Shown here: positions 61,946-64,000 of the stretch, one piece after another
Layout of the letters: every line of letters begins with the position of its first letter
How positions within the stretch are numbered: the first letter of the stretch is position 1
Notes under the pieces: model-generated
Told to the model about the DNA's origin: nothing
Databases searched by the model: none
The model's input: the letters and a program-made list of their open reading frames with translations, nothing else
Program-made: the position numbers and the translations under genes
Origin: an uncultured Gammaproteobacteria bacterium
GTDB taxonomy: Bacteria > Pseudomonadota > Gammaproteobacteria > UBA4575
Direction: 5' to 3'
Length of the DNA: 64,000 nucleotides
Assembly: GCA_943789445.1 (NCBI GenBank)
Contig: CALSUC010000002.1
Location: 12,256-76,255, forward strand

Positions 61946-63430
61946 ATGAGTAGCTTGCTGGATAAATTAGAGCGTGCTGGTAATCGCTTGCCTGATCCTA
62001 GCGTGCTATTTATTGCTGGGGCCCTGTTGATTGCCTTACTGGCAGAATTGGCGGTGGGCCTGCAATGGCAGGCAGTGCGTTGGTTGGGGCCAGATCAATC
62101 TGAGCTGGTGCTTGCGCGTAGCGTGCTACAAGGTGAGGGGGTCTGGTGGTGGCTGAGCACCATGGTGCAGAATTTTATTCAGTTCCCTCCCTTGGGAATC
62201 GTCTTGGTTGGCATGCTGGGTATTGGTTTAGCCGAGCGTTGCGGTCTACTGCCTGCATTGATCTGTGCCGCCGGCAATGCAATACAAGATAGGTACTTGA
62301 TTCCAGCGACACTGTTTATTGGTGTGATGTCTTCTTTGGCTATGGATGCGGGCTATGTTGTCTTGCCACCACTAGCTGCGACTTTATTTATGGCGGCTGG
62401 TCGTTCGCCAATCCTCGGTATTGTCACTAGCTTTGCAGGTGTCTCTGCGGGCTTTGGTGCGAATCTATTAATCACCAGTATCGACCCCTTACTCGCTGGC
62501 TTTACACAATCCGCTGCACAGATTATTACGCCAGATTATAAAGTGGCGGTTACCAGTAATTGGTGGTTCATGGCGGTGTCGACCATCGTACTAACCTTTA
62601 GTGGTTGGGCGATCACGCAGTATTGGGTAGCGCCGAGAACAGAGCGTCTGGCGTTTGATGCACAAGCCGCAGAACCGTTGTTGCAGTTAAGTGGCGAACA
62701 ACGCTCCGCGTTGCGTTGGGCGGCAGTGGCTTTTATTGTGGTTTTATTATCAGCGGTGATAGCAACACTATGGTCTGAAGGACCACTGCATGGCATGGGG
62801 ACACATTTTCCACGTTGGGTTGAAGCGACAGTGCCATTATTATTTTTGCTGTTTCTGCTCCCCGGTGTGGTTTACGGACTGCGTGTTGGTAGCATTCGTT
62901 CAAGTAAAGATGCAGCCGGTTTCATGGGGGCCACACTGGCAGATCTAGGCCCATATATCGTCCTGGCATTTTTTGCCGCACAGTTCATTGCGATCTTTAA
63001 ATACACACATTTGGGTGAGATGTTGGCCTTGACTGGTGGGGCTTGGTTAGCGGGGATGGAGCTGAATGTTTTTGTCTTGCTTTGTGCTTTCGTGTTGCTT
63101 GTGTGTTTGGGGAATTTGTTGATTGGTTCGATGTCGGCGAAGTATGCGTTTTATGCACCAGTCTTTGTACCTATGTTAATGCAAGCTGGGGTGAGTCCAG
63201 AGTTAACGCAGGTGGTATACCGTATTGGTGATTCTGTGACGAATGTTATTACGCCGTTTAATCCCTACATGATTATTATTTTGGCCTTGTTGCAGAAATA
63301 CCATCGTCAGGCAGGAGTTGGGACTTTGATCAGTTTGACGTTGCCATACAGTGTTGGCTTTTTACTGGCGTGGATGTTGCTGCTTTTATTCTGGCTGTTG
63401 CTGGCTCTGCCATTAGGGCCCAGCGCATAG
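61946..63430 (+). CDS. AbgT family transporter.
   Basis: 494 aa polytopic membrane protein with the AbgT-type N-terminus (MSSLLDKLERAGNRLPDP.VLF). Confidence 0.75.
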   Translation: MSSLLDKLERAGNRLPDPSVLFIAGALLIALLAELAVGLQWQAVRWLGPDQSELVLARSVLQGEGVWWWLSTMVQNFIQFPPLGIVLVGMLGIGLAERCGLLPALICAAGNAIQDRYLIPATLFIGVMSSLAMDAGYVVLPPLAATLFMAAGRSPILGIVTSFAGVSAGFGANLLITSIDPLLAGFTQSAAQIITPDYKVAVTSNWWFMAVSTIVLTFSGWAITQYWVAPRTERLAFDAQAAEPLLQLSGEQRSALRWAAVAFIVVLLSAVIATLWSEGPLHGMGTHFPRWVEATVPLLFLLFLLPGVVYGLRVGSIRSSKDAAGFMGATLADLGPYIVLAFFAAQFIAIFKYTHLGEMLALTGGAWLAGMELNVFVLLCAFVLLVCLGNLLIGSMSAKYAFYAPVFVPMLMQAGVSPELTQVVYRIGDSVTNVITPFNPYMIIILALLQKYHRQAGVGTLISLTLPYSVGFLLAWMLLLLFWLLLALPLGPSA

Positions 63431-63478
63431 ACCGCGCTAAGCCACAGTAATACAACTAATAGTGTATCGAGATGAGTG

Positions 63479-63994
63479 CTAAAAGTTATCGGTAGAAGTG
63501 AATAAGCCAACACGTAAATCTTTGGCATGATAGATCTCACGACCATCGACTGACATCACACCATCAGCGATACCTAATGCCAGCTTGCGTGAAATTACGC
63601 GTTTGATATCAATCTCATAGGTCACCATTTTTGCCGTTGGCAATACTTGGCCACTGAACTTCACATCACCCACACCAAGTGCACGACCACGACCTGGATT
63701 GTCCAGCCAAGCAAGATGAAAGCCAACTAACTGCCACATGGCATCTAAGCCTAAGCAGCCTGGCATGACGGGGTCCCCCGGGAAGTGACAAGCAAAAAAC
63801 CAAAGGTCAGGTTTGATGTCTAGTTCGGCGATGATTTTGCCTTTGCCGTAACTACCGCCATCTGAGTTAATCAGAGTGATGCGGTCGGCCATCAGCATAT
63901 TAGGTGCTGGTAGCTGTGCGTTGTTAGGGCCGAACATCTCACCTTTAGAGCAGGCGATTAGTTCTTCATAGGTATAACTTGAAGGGTTGGTCAT
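63479..63994 (-). CDS. fabA: 3-hydroxydecanoyl-[ACP] dehydratase/isomerase.
   Basis: 171 aa. Active-site [19 protein letters not shown]. Confidence 0.95.
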   Translation of the reverse strand: MTNPSSYTYEELIACSKGEMFGPNNAQLPAPNMLMADRITLINSDGGSYGKGKIIAELDIKPDLWFFACHFPGDPVMPGCLGLDAMWQLVGFHLAWLDNPGRGRALGVGDVKFSGQVLPTAKMVTYEIDIKRVISRKLALGIADGVMSVDGREIYHAKDLRVGLFTSTDNF

Positions 63995-64000
63995 GCGTAT

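Overview
This looks like a chromosomal segment of a Gram-negative bacterium, probably a gammaproteobacterium. The calls rest on gshA, adk, pepN, fabA, bolA, trhO, a DmsABC-like complex and an RND pump, all assigned from the translated ORFs only. The first ~19 kb is an accessory-type locus with two tandem giant adhesin genes exported by the type I secretion system (T1SS): gene 1 runs from before position 1 to 9908 and gene 2 from ~10537 to 19153. Both are built from near-identical 0.8-1.1 kb tandem DNA repeats encoding an Ig-like module A, an unassigned ~140-aa module B and an optional Ig-like module C. Both end in RTX nonapeptide repeats plus a VCA0849-type T1SS C-terminal secretion signal, and both are followed by an identical ~139-bp flank containing a rho-independent terminator. 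In the six-frame track both genes are broken roughly 20 times each by small indels and at least one in-frame stop. The breaks recur at the same hotspots (the Gly-rich A-to-B linker and the DYAIYLRNDG region of module B). Together this points to pseudogenes or repeat-collapse/polishing artefacts. The rest of the window (19.3-64 kb) is mostly intact core-like genes: gshA; a secreted rhodanese; an RND efflux pair; an ArsS-like radical SAM/Cys-rich protein co-transcribed with a DedA(TVP38)-FAD disulfide-reductase fusion; an FAH-family protein; a translationally coupled DUF898-M48-MATE trio; an ApbE lipoprotein; a formaldehyde-activating-enzyme (Fae) homolog; a SixA-type phosphatase; fpr; a three-subunit Tat-less DMSO-reductase-family molybdoenzyme with SoeABC (cytoplasmic sulfite dehydrogenase) architecture; a Rieske ferredoxin; an AI-2E transporter; an orphan CbbQ/NorQ ATPase with a Crp/Dnr-type regulator; a frameshifted porin; a lone ALS-family TPP enzyme; two Cys-GST-like paralogs; a retropepsin-like protease; a 420-aa PPi-PFK; adk; DUF3301; sseA; NUDIX; DUF465; bolA; tatD; trhO; pepN; an AbgT transporter; and fabA. 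I saw no rRNA, tRNA, CRISPR array, transposase or integrase. Fae, PPi-PFK and a SoeABC-like enzyme together hint at a C1/organosulfur lifestyle, which is inference only.
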